In this document: one piece after another, positions 12,189 to 24,776 of the stretch
How positions within the stretch are numbered: the stretch's first letter is position 1
Layout of the letters: each line of letters starts with the position of its first letter
NCBI GenBank assembly: GCA_044892525.1
Contig: CM097885.1
Location: 222,146,001 to 222,210,000, forward strand
DNA: 64,000 nucleotides
From: Schmidtea polychroa
Lineage: Eukaryota
Reading direction: 5' to 3'
Position numbers and translations under genes: made by a program
The notes under the pieces: generated by a model
Seen by the model: only the letters and a program-made list of their open reading frames with translations
Database searches by the model: none
Told to the model about the DNA's origin: nothing

Positions 12189-14372
12189 CCTTCAAATGGT
12201 ATTCATTTGTACCAACACTAACCGCGTTTAGGACAAAAATGTCTACCATATATTTTTGTATCAAAATGTAACAAAAAAAATTTTTTTAAGTTCATTAGTT
12301 TTTTATTTACATTCAAATATATAAAACAAAAATAAAAATTCAAAAAATTATTCAAAATTTTAACCAAAATAATATAAAATGAACTTAACATAATAAAATT
12401 CTTTAATTTTTCAATTATTATGACAAGCAGGACAAATATATTTTACATCGTTTTTGCATACATAATTTTTACATTTATTACATTTTATTGTGGTTTTCCC
12501 CGTTCTGATAGGACAAGTAGAACACATGTCTCTTTTCGAAGCTGTAGGCTTCGAAGATCCGCCAGCATCATCTTGTTTGCTTTGAGCTTCCTGAATAATA
12601 TTTCTCGCGGCAAGTCCTCTAGGTAAATGTTGTCGGCTTAGCATTTGAGGTTTTATCAAACTATCACCTAATTTTTCCAAAAATAAACTTCTCTTACTCA
12701 AACTATTACAATTCCAAGATAAATCAACTTCCTTGTAAAGTACGAAAGCATTGTAAGCAGATATATCTAACATATTGCAAAAAACAACGAATGGCCATCT
12801 TCTAGATTTTCTTTTTGTAGAATAACAGGATACCATTTTATCTAAAGTATCCACTCCGCCTTTTGTGGCATTATAATATTTGATAATTTCAGGTTTACGT
12901 TGAGGTTCATTAGTTATAACTTCATCAGACAAATGTAGAGTACTTTGCATCACTACGCATCGATATTTTTTAGGTACATAAGATACTAGTGTTGTATCTT
13001 TTGTAAAAACAAATTTTGATGTATATTGTGGAAAAGATCTTGTATTCAAAATTTCTGGTGGGATTGTTAGTTTATTTTTTCTTAGTGTACCCACCATTGT
13101 TATAGATTTTTCCAGGAGTTTTTGGCCAAGCTGATATGATGTGAAAAAATTGTCGAGTGTTATGTTGTGACCTTTGAGACCCCTCACTAAATCTAGTACA
13201 ACTCTCATACCTTGATTTGTTTCGGGAGCAGCATCCGGTTGTTTTCCTAAATATGGCTGTATTTTCCAAGCGTAGTAAGACTTGCTGCAAGCTGCAATCC
13301 AAAATTTAATCCAATATTTCGCAGGTTTACTTTTCATATATTGGCGAAAAGGACATCGACCACGAAAACCAAGTAGTTGTTCGTCAACTGTCACATTCTC
13401 TGATGGATTATAAAACATGGGTAACTTTTCACTCCAAGCATCCCACAATTCTCGGATTGGTGTAAATTTGTCATTCATACGTCTTTCTGACCGGGTTTCT
13501 TTTTTATCAAATCTAAGAATTTTTGAAATCTTTTGAAATCTTTTCAATGGCATGGTTGCACGTAACAAAGGTCTACCCGTAGTTTCATGCCATAAGCTTT
13601 CAGTTGCTTCATTTTTTGACTTATAAACACCCGCTAAAATCAAGCATCCAAAATAGGAATAAAGTTCAGTTGCATCCAAATCCTTCCAACTATCTCCAAA
13701 AACGGTTTTTCCTTCACTGTTTGAGTTTTTCAAAATCATATTTTCAATAGCTTTCGGAAAAAAAATTTCATGAATGCACTGTTTATATCAGTGATTCGGC
13801 TAGCTGCATAACTAGTAATTCCCGGAGTCATATTCAATATATTTTCTGCTCGATTGCGACCCAAATTGGTGCTAACAGGTTTTTGATGCCACAATACTGT
13901 CTTATCTTTCGATAAAAAACTATTTGGCTCTACATCGCCTAAACTTTCCTGATCAGAACTCGAATACTCGCTATCAATAAAAACATGGTCATCATCAGAT
14001 GGATCAGCTTCGCTACCACTAAAAACTAAATCTTGAATTTCTTCATCGGTTAAATTTTGATCGGTCATAATTTTGAAAACCCACAAAATAATAATTTAGA
14101 ACAAATAACATATGTTTGTTGTAAACAGGTAAAAACAAATCATGTTTGAACAGGAATTTCATTATAGACATTTTTGTCCACATTACGGTCAACGTGCATT
14201 TTTTATACCTAGAAATCTGTATGACACCATAAAATAAATTAAGCGGCAAATTATTAATTTAAAAAAAAGGAGAATTTACATTGAAAAATTTTTCAAACTT
14301 AAGTTTGTATTCAGGCGTTATTTACAGTTAAAAAATAATTTTGACAAAAATGTCCACAATACCACATAAAGG
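12189..14372 (-). mobile_element. Full-length piggyBac transposon, 2184 bp
   Basis: TTAA TSD at 12185-12188 and 14373-14376; imperfect TIR CCTT(C/T)A(A/T)(A/G)TGGTATT; subterminal GACAAAAATGTC repeats near 12230, 14165 (inverted) and 14343. Confidence 0.92.
12411..14068 (-). CDS. piggyBac transposase (PGBD4-like), split by a one-base frameshift near 13760
   Basis: Acidic N-terminus MTDQNLTDEEIQDL (ORF 13736-14086) continues in ORF 12411-13739 with catalytic motifs TVDEQL, TLDNFFTS and GGVDTLD and a Cys-rich C-terminus. Confidence 0.85.
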
Positions 14373-14519
14373 TTAATAAGATGATAATTATTAAGATGAT
14401 AATTATAATTAAAGATGATAATTATAAAGTTTTAGAAATTACTTATTCAATCCAGAGACAGTAATAAGGAAACACAAGACAAAGGTTAAAACAAGGATGC
14501 TAAAAATAAAACAAAAGCA

Positions 14520-14690
14520 TCATCAATAACAAAAAAAGGAAAAACCTTTTTTAAATTTTGGATTTACTTTAAGCAATACCAATGGAGAAGAAAGACCACT
14601 GTGTTTGATTTGCAATGAAACTTTAGCAAGTGAGAGTTTTAAACGGACTAAATTAAAAAGGTATTTGGAAAAGATTCACCAAAACCTTTG
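14520..14690 (+). pseudogene. hAT (ZBED5/FAM200-like) transposase N-terminal fragment
   Basis: NGEERPLCLICNETLASESFKRTKLKRYLEKIH BED-like motif. Confidence 0.65.
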
Positions 14691-14719
14691 AAACAAATCG
14701 TCGGCTTTGAAATAAGATA

Positions 14720-15800
14720 GATGATAATGTCGATTAATTCTAAAAAGTTTCCTTTGTTTTCCGACTCCTCACTCTCATCGTGACCACGTAAAGCGATTTG
14801 TTGTTTAGCATAAAATAATATTACCTCTGCTAACGTTTTTAAGTAGTACCTGTTTTTCTCGCGCAGTGTAACGGCAGCCTTATCTTTTCCTTCTTTCTAG
14901 CGGATTTTAAATTGACCCCATTCCATCATGCATCGCAAATGTTCAGCAGATGAATTGTGAAGAGTTAATCCAAACTTTTGACCTGTTGCGCGCTGCCAGT
15001 CAGAAAATCCAGTAGGTTCGGCTCCAGTAAAGACAGCAAAAGCAATATGAAGCATCCTGCTTAACAGAATATTCCATACACGGAAATTCCGCAAAAAACA
15101 ACTTTGAAAACGATGTCTTACTGATTTGGTTATTCCAAAATATCTCCACGGGTATATAAGTGAGGTTGGTTGAACGGGACATGCTCTTTCCCTTTGGAAA
15201 TGTCCTCTGGAAATTTTTGATATCCTGCTGGTTAATATTATCAATTATTTTTTCTTTGGATATACGCACATCAAGTTCTTTTCACGTCTGAAAGTTGTCT
15301 AAATCGAAAGTATTCCTTTCATGTGAAGACAGAATTGCTCTAATATTTTTCAAGTCTTTTGATCCTGATTTTTCTAGGATTAACGAGCTGTTTTTGTTAA
15401 ATAACTTGCAGTAAAAACAAAAAACCGCATTTTTTATAGTTGAATATATCAACCATGAACAGTATACTTCTTCCTCATTGGCTAGTTTTCTCTTATAATG
15501 AATTGTAGAGAATCTTCTATTTTTCGAATCTTTGGGAAAATTATATGTAATAATTTGATGTAGTAGATTTTGTAATAAAATCTGACGAAAATTATCAATA
15601 CAATAGTCAAGTCAGTTTCGTAATTTCATGTGAGCATTCGCTTTGCATCATAATATCAGATTCTGAAACACCTCTTTTATTTTCTTCTTTTTTGAAATAT
15701 CTTTATCCGCGTGATCTGACATATACATCTGATTGTCCTACACATCTATCCAAGTCACTGCTGGCGGAAACATCAAGGCTTGATATGAAAAACTTTAATA
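14720..15800 (-). pseudogene. hAT (ZMYM1-like) transposase remnants with TTF-type zinc finger
   Basis: FPCMEYSVKQDASYCFCC, a second WLIYSTIKNAVFCFYCKLF segment and IALRGHDESEESENKGNFLELI. Confidence 0.75.
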
Positions 15801-15989
15801 GTCGACCACTTTTCCTTTCCTACCACTTTGTGACAAAGCTATTGTGACCGAAATGCGACGGTATATATAGCCTGATTTTATGGTGTGCGAGTATATGTGA
15901 ATGCAAGTAGCTAGTTAGGAGCGTACCGCAGCAACTTTTTATTACGCAATTGCTGCAACTCACATTTTTTTTGCTTTCAGGGATCTTTA

Positions 15990-16500
15990 GTACAAAAATT
16001 TTTTTATCAGACTATAGTGAGGGGGTCTCCATGGTTCTGGGATTTTCAATACCAAAAAAATTTTTTCAATACAAATTTGAATTACCACTAAAAAAAGCAT
16101 GGATTATTCAGACTATAGTGAGGGGTCTCGATGGTCCTGGGATTTTCAATACAAAATCCGACTCACTAAAAAAAGCATGATAAATTAAGGTCTTAGGATA
16201 TTTTTCAATACAAAAAGACAGTCTTCAATAAAAAAAGCGTGGTAATTTAAGGTCTTACGATATTTTCAATACAAAAAAGGTGGTCTACATTAAAAAGCAT
16301 GGTAATTTAAGGTCTCAGGATATTTTCAATACAAATATCTGTCTTCAATAAAAAAGCTTGGTAATTTAAGGTCTCAGGATATTTTCAATACAAAAAGCCG
16401 AGGATAAGTCAGTATTATTTGGGTGGGTCTCCATGGTCCTGGAATTTTCATTACAGAAAGGTAGTTTTCAATAGAAAAAGGTGGTCTACACTAAAAAAGC
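15990..16500. repeat. ~60 bp degenerate tandem repeat (AAAAAAGCATGGTAATTTAAGGTCTCAGGATATTTTCAATAC), module C
   Basis: Several adjacent copies; reverse-complement relatives at ~17460-17760 and direct relatives at ~38760-39050. Confidence 0.8.
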
Positions 16501-17110
16501 GTGGTAAATTAAGGATAAATACGTAATTGTCCGAATTTTTGAATTACAGTAAATTATGGGCTCAATTTTTTGAATTACATTAAATAATGGGTCTAAAAAT
16601 TGAATTACAGTAAATTAAGGTCCAAATTTTTGAACTACAGCAAATTATGGGTCCAATAATTGAATTAAAGTAATCAATGGATTCAAATAAATTAATTATG
16701 GTCCAAATTTTAAAATTACAGTAAATTATGGTCTAAATAAGTAAATTAAGGTTCAAATTTTGAATTAAAGATAATTAAGGTCTAAATATTTAATTTAAAG
16801 TAATCAATGGGCTCAATTAAGTAAATTATGATCTAAAATTTTAAATTAAAGTAAAATATGGTCCAAATTTTAAAATTAAGTAATCAATGGTCAAAAACTT
16901 TAAATTAAAGTTAAATAAGTAAATTAAAGTAATAATTTTTAAATTTATTAACAAAAAGTTGGAATAATAGTAGGTGTTTGAGAATTGAAATTTTTTAATA
17001 AAAAGTTTTATGAAATAATTTTTTAAGTAATTTTTAATAGAAATTTTAATAAAATATTTTTCAATGGTAATTTTATATGGAAATTTTTATGGAATAATTT
17101 TAAATAAAAA
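16500..17110. repeat. ~30 bp degenerate tandem repeat, module B in reverse orientation
   Basis: AAATTATGGGTCCAAATTTTGAATTACAG-like units running into the gap. Confidence 0.7.
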
Positions 17111-17255
17111 NNNNNNNNNNNNNNNNNNNNNNNNNNNNNNNNNNNNNNNNNNNNNNNNNNNNNNNNNNNNNNNNNNNNNNNNNNNNNNNNNNNNNNNNNN
17201 NNNNNNNNNNNNNNNNNNNNNNNNNNNNNNNNNNNNNNNNNNNNNNNNNNNNNNN
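17111..17255. other. Assembly gap (N run)
   Basis: 145 N; further gaps at 18962-19114 and 39257-39393. Confidence 1.
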
Positions 17256-18570
17256 ATTTGTCTCTGAAAATTATTTCATAAAAATTTCAATCTAAAACTT
17301 TCATTTCTCAAAAATCGACTATTATTCAAACTTTTGATAATAAATTTAAAATTCTTACTTTAATTTACTTATTTAAAATTTTTACTTTCATCAAAAATAT
17401 TACTTATTTAAAATCTTAATTTTAAAATTTAGCCTTATTTTACTAAATTTAACTATCGGATTTCGTATTGAAAATATCCTGAGACCTTAAATTACCACGT
17501 CTTTTTATTGATGACCCCATTTTTGCATTTAAAATATCCTGAAATTATCAATTATTATGTCTTTTTAACGAGGATTAGATTTTGTATAGAAATTCTCAGG
17601 TTCAAGGAGACCTCCTCACTGTAGTCAGAAAAATCCATGCTTTTCATCGAGAATTGAAAATTGTATTGAAAATCCGAGGATCAATCGAGGCCCCTCACTA
17701 TAATTAGAAAAAAATGGCTTTTTTTTGTATAGCCGGATTTTGTATTGAAAATTCCAGAAAAAATAAGCATAGCACTCTGCAGGAATTACGTAACCATTGA
17801 GCAAATAAAAACTACTTCAGAAAAAAAAATTTTCTAGGGGTACCCCCACCGGATAGTCGTGCTACAATTAGCTACTAACTATCTACTGTAATATGCAAAT
17901 AAAGTGTAACTAGTGTCCACATTGCTTTAACGGTTTTAGATATAAGAAAGCATTTGACCAAGATGTTGATTTTTGTTAAAAATCAGATTGGTACTACGCT
18001 TTATACATTACTGAAAAATAAAAACTTAAAATTCATCAACTTTTCCAAAACATTTAATACACCGTTTGAGAGAACTGGGCCACTAACTACCTAATGAATT
18101 AAAATACATATTAAACCAAAATAAAAAGTTAAAAATTTATCCTATCTGCATATTTTTTGCTGAGCATTTGAAAATATTCTATAAGATATAGACTTATTTC
18201 TAATTGTTTCCGCTTGGGAACGCTGGTTATAACTTGGTCAACCCGAACAATCTACTGGCTAATAAATATGAATTTTCTGTATTTTAAAACATTCAAAAAA
18301 TATTATGCATAATATTATTGTTGGAGCTTTAAATTTGAAATTAAAATAAATATTTTAAAATAAAGTTGAAATCAAATGAAATCAAATGAAATCAAATAGA
18401 AATGTGAAAATTTGAAGGAGAAATTTAATTTTTAAATCTTTAACTTTTCTACAATTTCAAAAGTTTATCTGTATTATTAGATAATAATAAATATTTATTA
18501 AGAATAATTAAATTAATATTTATTAACAATTAGTACGTTAAATATTAAAAATATTAATTCATATGAAAAT

Positions 18571-21500
18571 AGTAGTATGTAGTAAGGACTCCAGCGCACT
18601 TTCAAGGTCATGGAATATCAAGATCAAATATAGACCAATCGAATCATTTACTTTTTAAATTAACATTTTATAAAATTACTTCTTTTTAATTTTTTTTTTA
18701 ATTTTTTCATTTTAATTTTATTAATTACGTTTAAAAATTACGTTAACCGCGCGAAAAATACAAATTTATCGTAAAAACATGTGTGTATTACACACAAAGC
18801 GACAAACTAAAATTGTAATTGAGTCATTTTGTAGAGAAATAAATACTGCCTATACATGGTTACACTTAAATCCCAATCGGACAAAGAGAAAAGAGACAAA
18901 TGGGTGAAAAAGAGAGAGAAAAAACAGTAGAGTAGGGAACAAAGACATATGACGTCATCGANNNNNNNNNNNNNNNNNNNNNNNNNNNNNNNNNNNNNNN
19001 NNNNNNNNNNNNNNNNNNNNNNNNNNNNNNNNNNNNNNNNNNNNNNNNNNNNNNNNNNNNNNNNNNNNNNNNNNNNNNNNNNNNNNNNNNNNNNNNNNNN
19101 NNNNNNNNNNNNNNAAACTATGAAAATGTTAAAAATAATCATGAAATTGAGGCAAAAATTATAAAAATGTTCCTGAAATTATTATGAAAATGTTAAATAA
19201 ATAAACTTTAGCGTCAAAATGTGTTTTAAAATATATTGAAGTTTTAAAATACTGCAACGTAATGCATTTATTTTTCCTAGCCCTTCCTTGATTTTGATTG
19301 GTCAGAATTTAATCATGTGTAATATACAAGCAGTAACTTTTCAAATGTTTGTCATTTAAACTTTTAATTTAACTTATATAAGTGAATAATTTTTTATTCT
19401 CTATCTAATATTAATGATTATTTTCTTTTAGTGAACGGATGCAGTTTATATAAATTTTGTATTGCCGAAAGTCATGAAGATGTGGAGAACTGTAAATCAG
19501 TTACATCATCATATTTCAAGATAAATAACTCTACCTTATCGGGTTACATATGTCCGGAATGTCTCATTATATCACCAGGTAGGTGGTTAATGTTTGTACG
19601 ACAGCACGGACACCATCTTAGAAGATTCGAAGAAACGAAGAGCAGGATGATCACTAAAAGTAATACTCTTTCTACTATTAACAATTATTAATTTTTTATA
19701 GTACAATCGAAAATGAATACATCATACGATCCTAAGCCGATTAAAGAATATGTTACAAGTTATGTTATTTAAGTTGTTTAATATTAATTATAAATATAGT
19801 TAGACAAAACTCTGGCACCACAAAACGAAAGTCAATATTTTACGGAAATGGAGACTCTAAAATACAATTGTGTCCACGTCGGGAGTCTGACTTAAATGGT
19901 TCTCGTGTTGAATTGACAAGCGATGTATCTGCAATTAATTCTCCTGACATTGTTGTTCCAGATTGTCTCATCAAAGAAATAGAAGATCATATTCAACGAA
20001 TGGGGACAGTAAAAATCCAATTTGGACTTTGTGCAGAGTTTATCAAAGAGGATGGTGAAATTAAAAAATGGTGTTTGTCGAATAAAGCAATTACAATGTC
20101 ATCTTCATTTATTAATGATGGAATTGAAAAATTGAAAGAAAAGTCGGAGAACTACACTCAACAAAGTAGTGGGTGGAGAATTCATAAAATATTAGAAGTA
20201 ACTATGATTTTAACTAAATTATCAGGCATAATACATGTATCTGGTAAGTTTATTTACATTATTATATATATAAATCAAGATATTTACTTAGGTTCAAGTT
20301 ACATTAAAACGCGAAATTACCTGAAAAACTGTCAGGCTTTAGTTAATGTTCAAAACAATGATCAATTCTGTTTTTTATATAGCATACTAGCCGTGTTACG
20401 TTATGATGATATACGTCGGGATAGAGAAAGAACAACAAAATATAACTTAAGTGGTAATATATATATATATATATATTTATGAATGTCATAAATCATTGAA
20501 TTTTGTTTTTAAGACTTAAAATGGAAATTTGAATGGTTTCCGATGAAGTTGGTTAACATTTGCCAATTTGAAGCAATGAATCCAAATCTAGCGATCAATG
20601 TTCTCAAATATAATAAGGATCCAATTAAACAAAAAACTAATGATATTTTCAAGAATCCGTTCGTTGACTTGGTATATAGAAGTACTTTGACGGGATCTCA
20701 GATATATCTCCAATTGATTGAAGAAGGTAATATTTCTTTTAATCATTAAAAATATTAACTAAATTTTAGAATTAAATTATCATTTTTTGGCTGTAACTAA
20801 TTTCGATCGACTGCTGAATTAAAGAGATAGAGTAGAAGGAGTCAGAATCCAATCACAATGGTGTCATACATGTCTTCATGGATTTCAAAAAGGTCCTGCT
20901 TTTGAAAGACATATAGGTCTTTGTAGGAAGAATGTGGAGCGGACGACTCTATACTCAATGCCAGAGAATAAATATATCGAATTTAAAGACTGGAGTAAAA
21001 CTATAAAACAGCAGTTTGTTGTCTACGCGGACTTTGAATCAATATTACCTCTAGATGACAAGCACTTCCAAAAACATGAGCCGATTGCATCTGAATTTGT
21101 GCTTCTTCATCAAGGTTGTCCGATTCGAAATGAAACATTTGTTGGGAAAAACTGTATCATTCAGTTTATACAAGCATTGGATGATATAGCTACAGACATA
21201 GTTTATCCGTGGTATTAAATTAATGGATCGAAGGAAATGATGGAACTCACTTGGGAACAGCAGGAAGAATTTACGAATCAAACTCATTGCTACCTTTGTA
21301 AAAAGATTATCAATATACCTGTTCGGGATCACGATCATTTTACCGGTCAATATCTCGGAGCAGCGTGTCAAGATTGTAATTTGGGTAGAAGAATCAATCC
21401 GTCTTTACCCGTTGTATTTCACAATCTTCGTGGATATGACATTCATCATATATTAAAATATGCAATTCGAAAATTCCCAGATTGGAATTTAAATGTTATT

Positions 21501-23695
21501 CCACAATCAACAGAAAAGTTTCTCACACTTACAGCGACATCGAAAGGCAGAAGAATTAGATTCATTGATTCTTTACAATTTTTAAATAGCAGCTTGGCAA
21601 ATTTATCAAAATATTTACCATGTCTTCCACTGACCTCAGATGTTTTTGAATCACAGATGATGACTTGTAAAACCATTTTTCCTTATGATATGGCTACATC
21701 AATGGATGTTTTACAGTCAATAACAGAATTACCACTGATTTGGGAGGGAGTTAGTGAAGAAGATTATATACATGCAAATCGAATCTGGCAACAATACAAC
21801 TGTGAGACACTGCTAGATTACATGCTAGTATATCTCAAGCTGGATGTTTTTCTGTTGGCCGATGTTTTTGAAGCTTTCAGAGAAAAAACATTTGACGAAG
21901 ATGGACTTGAGGCTCTATCGTTTGTTTCCATACCCGGATTAAGTTGGGCATCAGCTATTAAACAGTTACCTGAACCGGTAGAACTTATTCAAGATCCAGA
22001 GCTTTACCGTTTATTTGAAGCTGGTATTCGTGGTGGAATGACATTTATCAACAAACATCATGTTGAAGCTGATGAATCAACACAAATGTCATACCTAGAT
22101 GTTAATAATTTATATGGATGGGCGCTGTCGCAAAAACTTCCTGTTGGTGAATTTAGATGGATAAATGATCAGACTGAAATGAATGGTATTCTTGAAAGAT
22201 GTACAAATGGGGATGAGTTTGATGGAGATCGTGGATATGTTCTAGAGGTTGACATCGTCATTCCTTATAGTATACAAGATAAGCTAGTTGATTTACCTAT
22301 AGCTCCTGAGCTTTGTTATCCACCTGGTAGTAAAGTTGAAAAGCTGTTGTTAACTCATGAGCCTAAGAAAAACTATGTAGTTAATGGTAGAGTTTTGACA
22401 GAGTGGTTGAGTTACGGCGCAAAAGTCACAAAAGTTAATCGTGCTGTAGAATTCAAGCAATTAGCTATTTTCAAAGGCTATATTGATTACAATACTCAAA
22501 TGAGAGCGGCTAGTACAGATTCATTTCAGCGAGATTATTATAAGTTAAAGAACAATAGTTTATACGGTAAAACCGTGGAAAACCTTAAGAAACGTATAAA
22601 TTTGAGATTATGCAGCAAAAGCAAAAGATTGATAACTTATTGTAGTAATCCTATGTTTCGTCGTAGCATCAAGATTGCGGATGATCTCATTGCTGTTATA
22701 CTTGATAAGGAAATGGTGTGTTTAGATAGACCAATGTATATTGGACAAACCGTACTTGATTTATCTAAACTTCGCATGTACCAGTTTCAATATAAAGAAC
22801 TACAGAGTTATAGAGAAGAATTCAATTGTAAAATTAATATCGTAGCCGGTGACACAGATTCCTTCTTTTTAGAGTGTAAAAATGTTGATTTACGCTTACA
22901 ACTGTATCCAAAAATGATTGCCGATGGGCTCCTAGATACTTCAAATTATCCAGTGACTGATCCATTGTTCTCAGATAAAATTTGTTCGGTAATCGGGAAA
23001 TTCAAGGATGAGAATAAAGGAAATCAATATAAAGAATGGGTGTTTCTTCGACCCAAGTGCTACTCACTCCAAGGGGATAAAAACACTCTAAATGCCAAAG
23101 GAATAAGTCTTACAAATTCTAATATCACCCATGAAGCCTATAAAAAAGTGTATACTGATGGTGGAACAGTGAGCATCCAACAAAAGAGAATAGGAAGTGT
23201 TAATCATCAGTTGTATACTTTCATTACAGAAAAACGAGCTCTCCAATGTTTGGATGATAAAAGGTATTGGTTAAATTCTAATGAAAGCTATGCCTACGGT
23301 CACAATAAGATTCGTCAAATGCATATTGCAACTGCTATGTCTAGAAATGAATGCAAATCGAAACAAGCACTTTAACAATTAAATTTATGTGAATAATAAA
23401 ATATATATTGTGAATTATTTGACTTAGTTAATTAAAATGTGTTTTATCATTTAATTATTCATTTGTCCAATTAATTTAGATAATTAGTTTCAAGTAAGAA
23501 ATATTATTTTCGTGTTTATGTTATTTATTTTTTTTTATTTTTTCCGAAATATTAATATGCAGTTTATCTAAAATTAAATCATCGTTTTATTTTATAAATT
23601 AAATAATTTCTAATTAAAATTTTATTCAAATTGAAATATTATTGTTATAATTTACCTCTTGTTAGAATATAATGTAAATGTAAAATTAAAAAAAA

Positions 23696-23728
<33 letters not shown>

Positions 23729-24113
23729 AAATAATACTAAAATAAATACATAATAAAATAATTAATTAAGAAAATTAAAAAGAAAAAAAAATAAATAGAA
23801 GTAATTAAATAAAATTTAAATTAAAAAATAAATAAATTAATTAAAAAATAATAATAATAATAATAATTAAATAGCGTAAGTAATTAAAATAAAATATTAA
23901 TAAACTAATAAATTGATTAAATGTAATAAATTAAAATAAAACATAATAAAATAATTAATTAATAAAATTAAAATGAAAAAATAAAAAAAAAAAATTAAAA
24001 AGAAGTAATTTTATAAAATGTTAATTTAAAAAATAAATGATTCGATTGGTCTATATTTGATCTTGATATTCCATGACCTTGAAAGTGCGCTGGAGTCCTT
24101 ACTACATACTACT
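18571..24113 (+). mobile_element. Polinton/Maverick-like element, ~5.5 kb, pPolB the only visible gene
   Basis: Termini AGTAGTATGTAGTAAGGACTCC...GGAGTCCTTACTACATACTACT; TIR ~155 bp; 6 bp TSD GAAAAT at 18565-18570 and 24114-24119; empty site with a single GAAAAT in the partner arm near 37945. Confidence 0.92.
19381..23375 (+). pseudogene. Protein-primed family B DNA polymerase (pPolB), intron-containing, two in-frame TAA stops
   Basis: Exo I VYADFES, Exo II FHNLRGYD, Exo III YLKLDV, pol motifs YLDVNNLYG, KLKNNSLYGK, AGDTDS and RPKCY. Inserted endonuclease VII-like CYLC...DHDHFTG...CQDCN. Introns 19660-19701, 19759-19799, 20244-20291, 20454-20513, 20727-20769 (possibly 19382-19431). Stops at 20820-20822 and 21216-21218. 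Confidence 0.88.
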
Positions 24114-24776
24114 GAAAATATTATTCAGTAATATTTATATTAAATACATAAATGGAAATATAAATAATATTATTAATTAATAAATAAAATAACTTAATTA
24201 ATTAAATTTATTAAATCATAATAAAATAGTTAATTAATAAAATAGAATAAAATAAAGTAAGTAATAAAATTAAAAATAATAAAAAATTAAGTAAAATAAA
24301 ATAATATTTTCAAATTAAATAAATTAAAAATTAATAATAATAATAAAATTTATAATAGATTATTTAAAAAAATAAATAATAAAAGTAATAAATAATTAAT
24401 TTTAATAAAATTTAAAATAGTGTTTAAAAAGTAAATAAAATAAAATTTATAAATCAAATAAATTAGATTATTTAAAAATGTAAATCTTTAATTTTTCTAT
24501 AATTTTAAAAGTTTATCTGCATTATAAGATAATAATAAATATTTATTAAAAATAATAAAATTAATATTTATTAAAAATTATTAATGTTACAAGTTTAAAA
24601 TAGTTTCCATGTGAAAAGATTATTCAGTTATATTTTCTATTATTTCCTTATTTTATATTTATATTCTCTTCTGTTAATTGCAATTTCAAATATCTTTAAA
24701 ATATTTAAATTTCCGTAATAAAAATATTTTTAAATTGTTTGAATTATCATATTAATGTATTATATTTATTAACTAA

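Noticed and set aside
17064-19164. ORFs containing X runs (also 39217-39441)
   Set aside because: Artefacts of translating through N gaps.
20820-21218. Alternative genetic code (TAA read as Gln) explaining the pPolB stops
   Set aside because: RBM19 and pPolB itself end in TAA, long host ORFs have no internal TAA/TAG, and the homologous relic has Lys at the second site.
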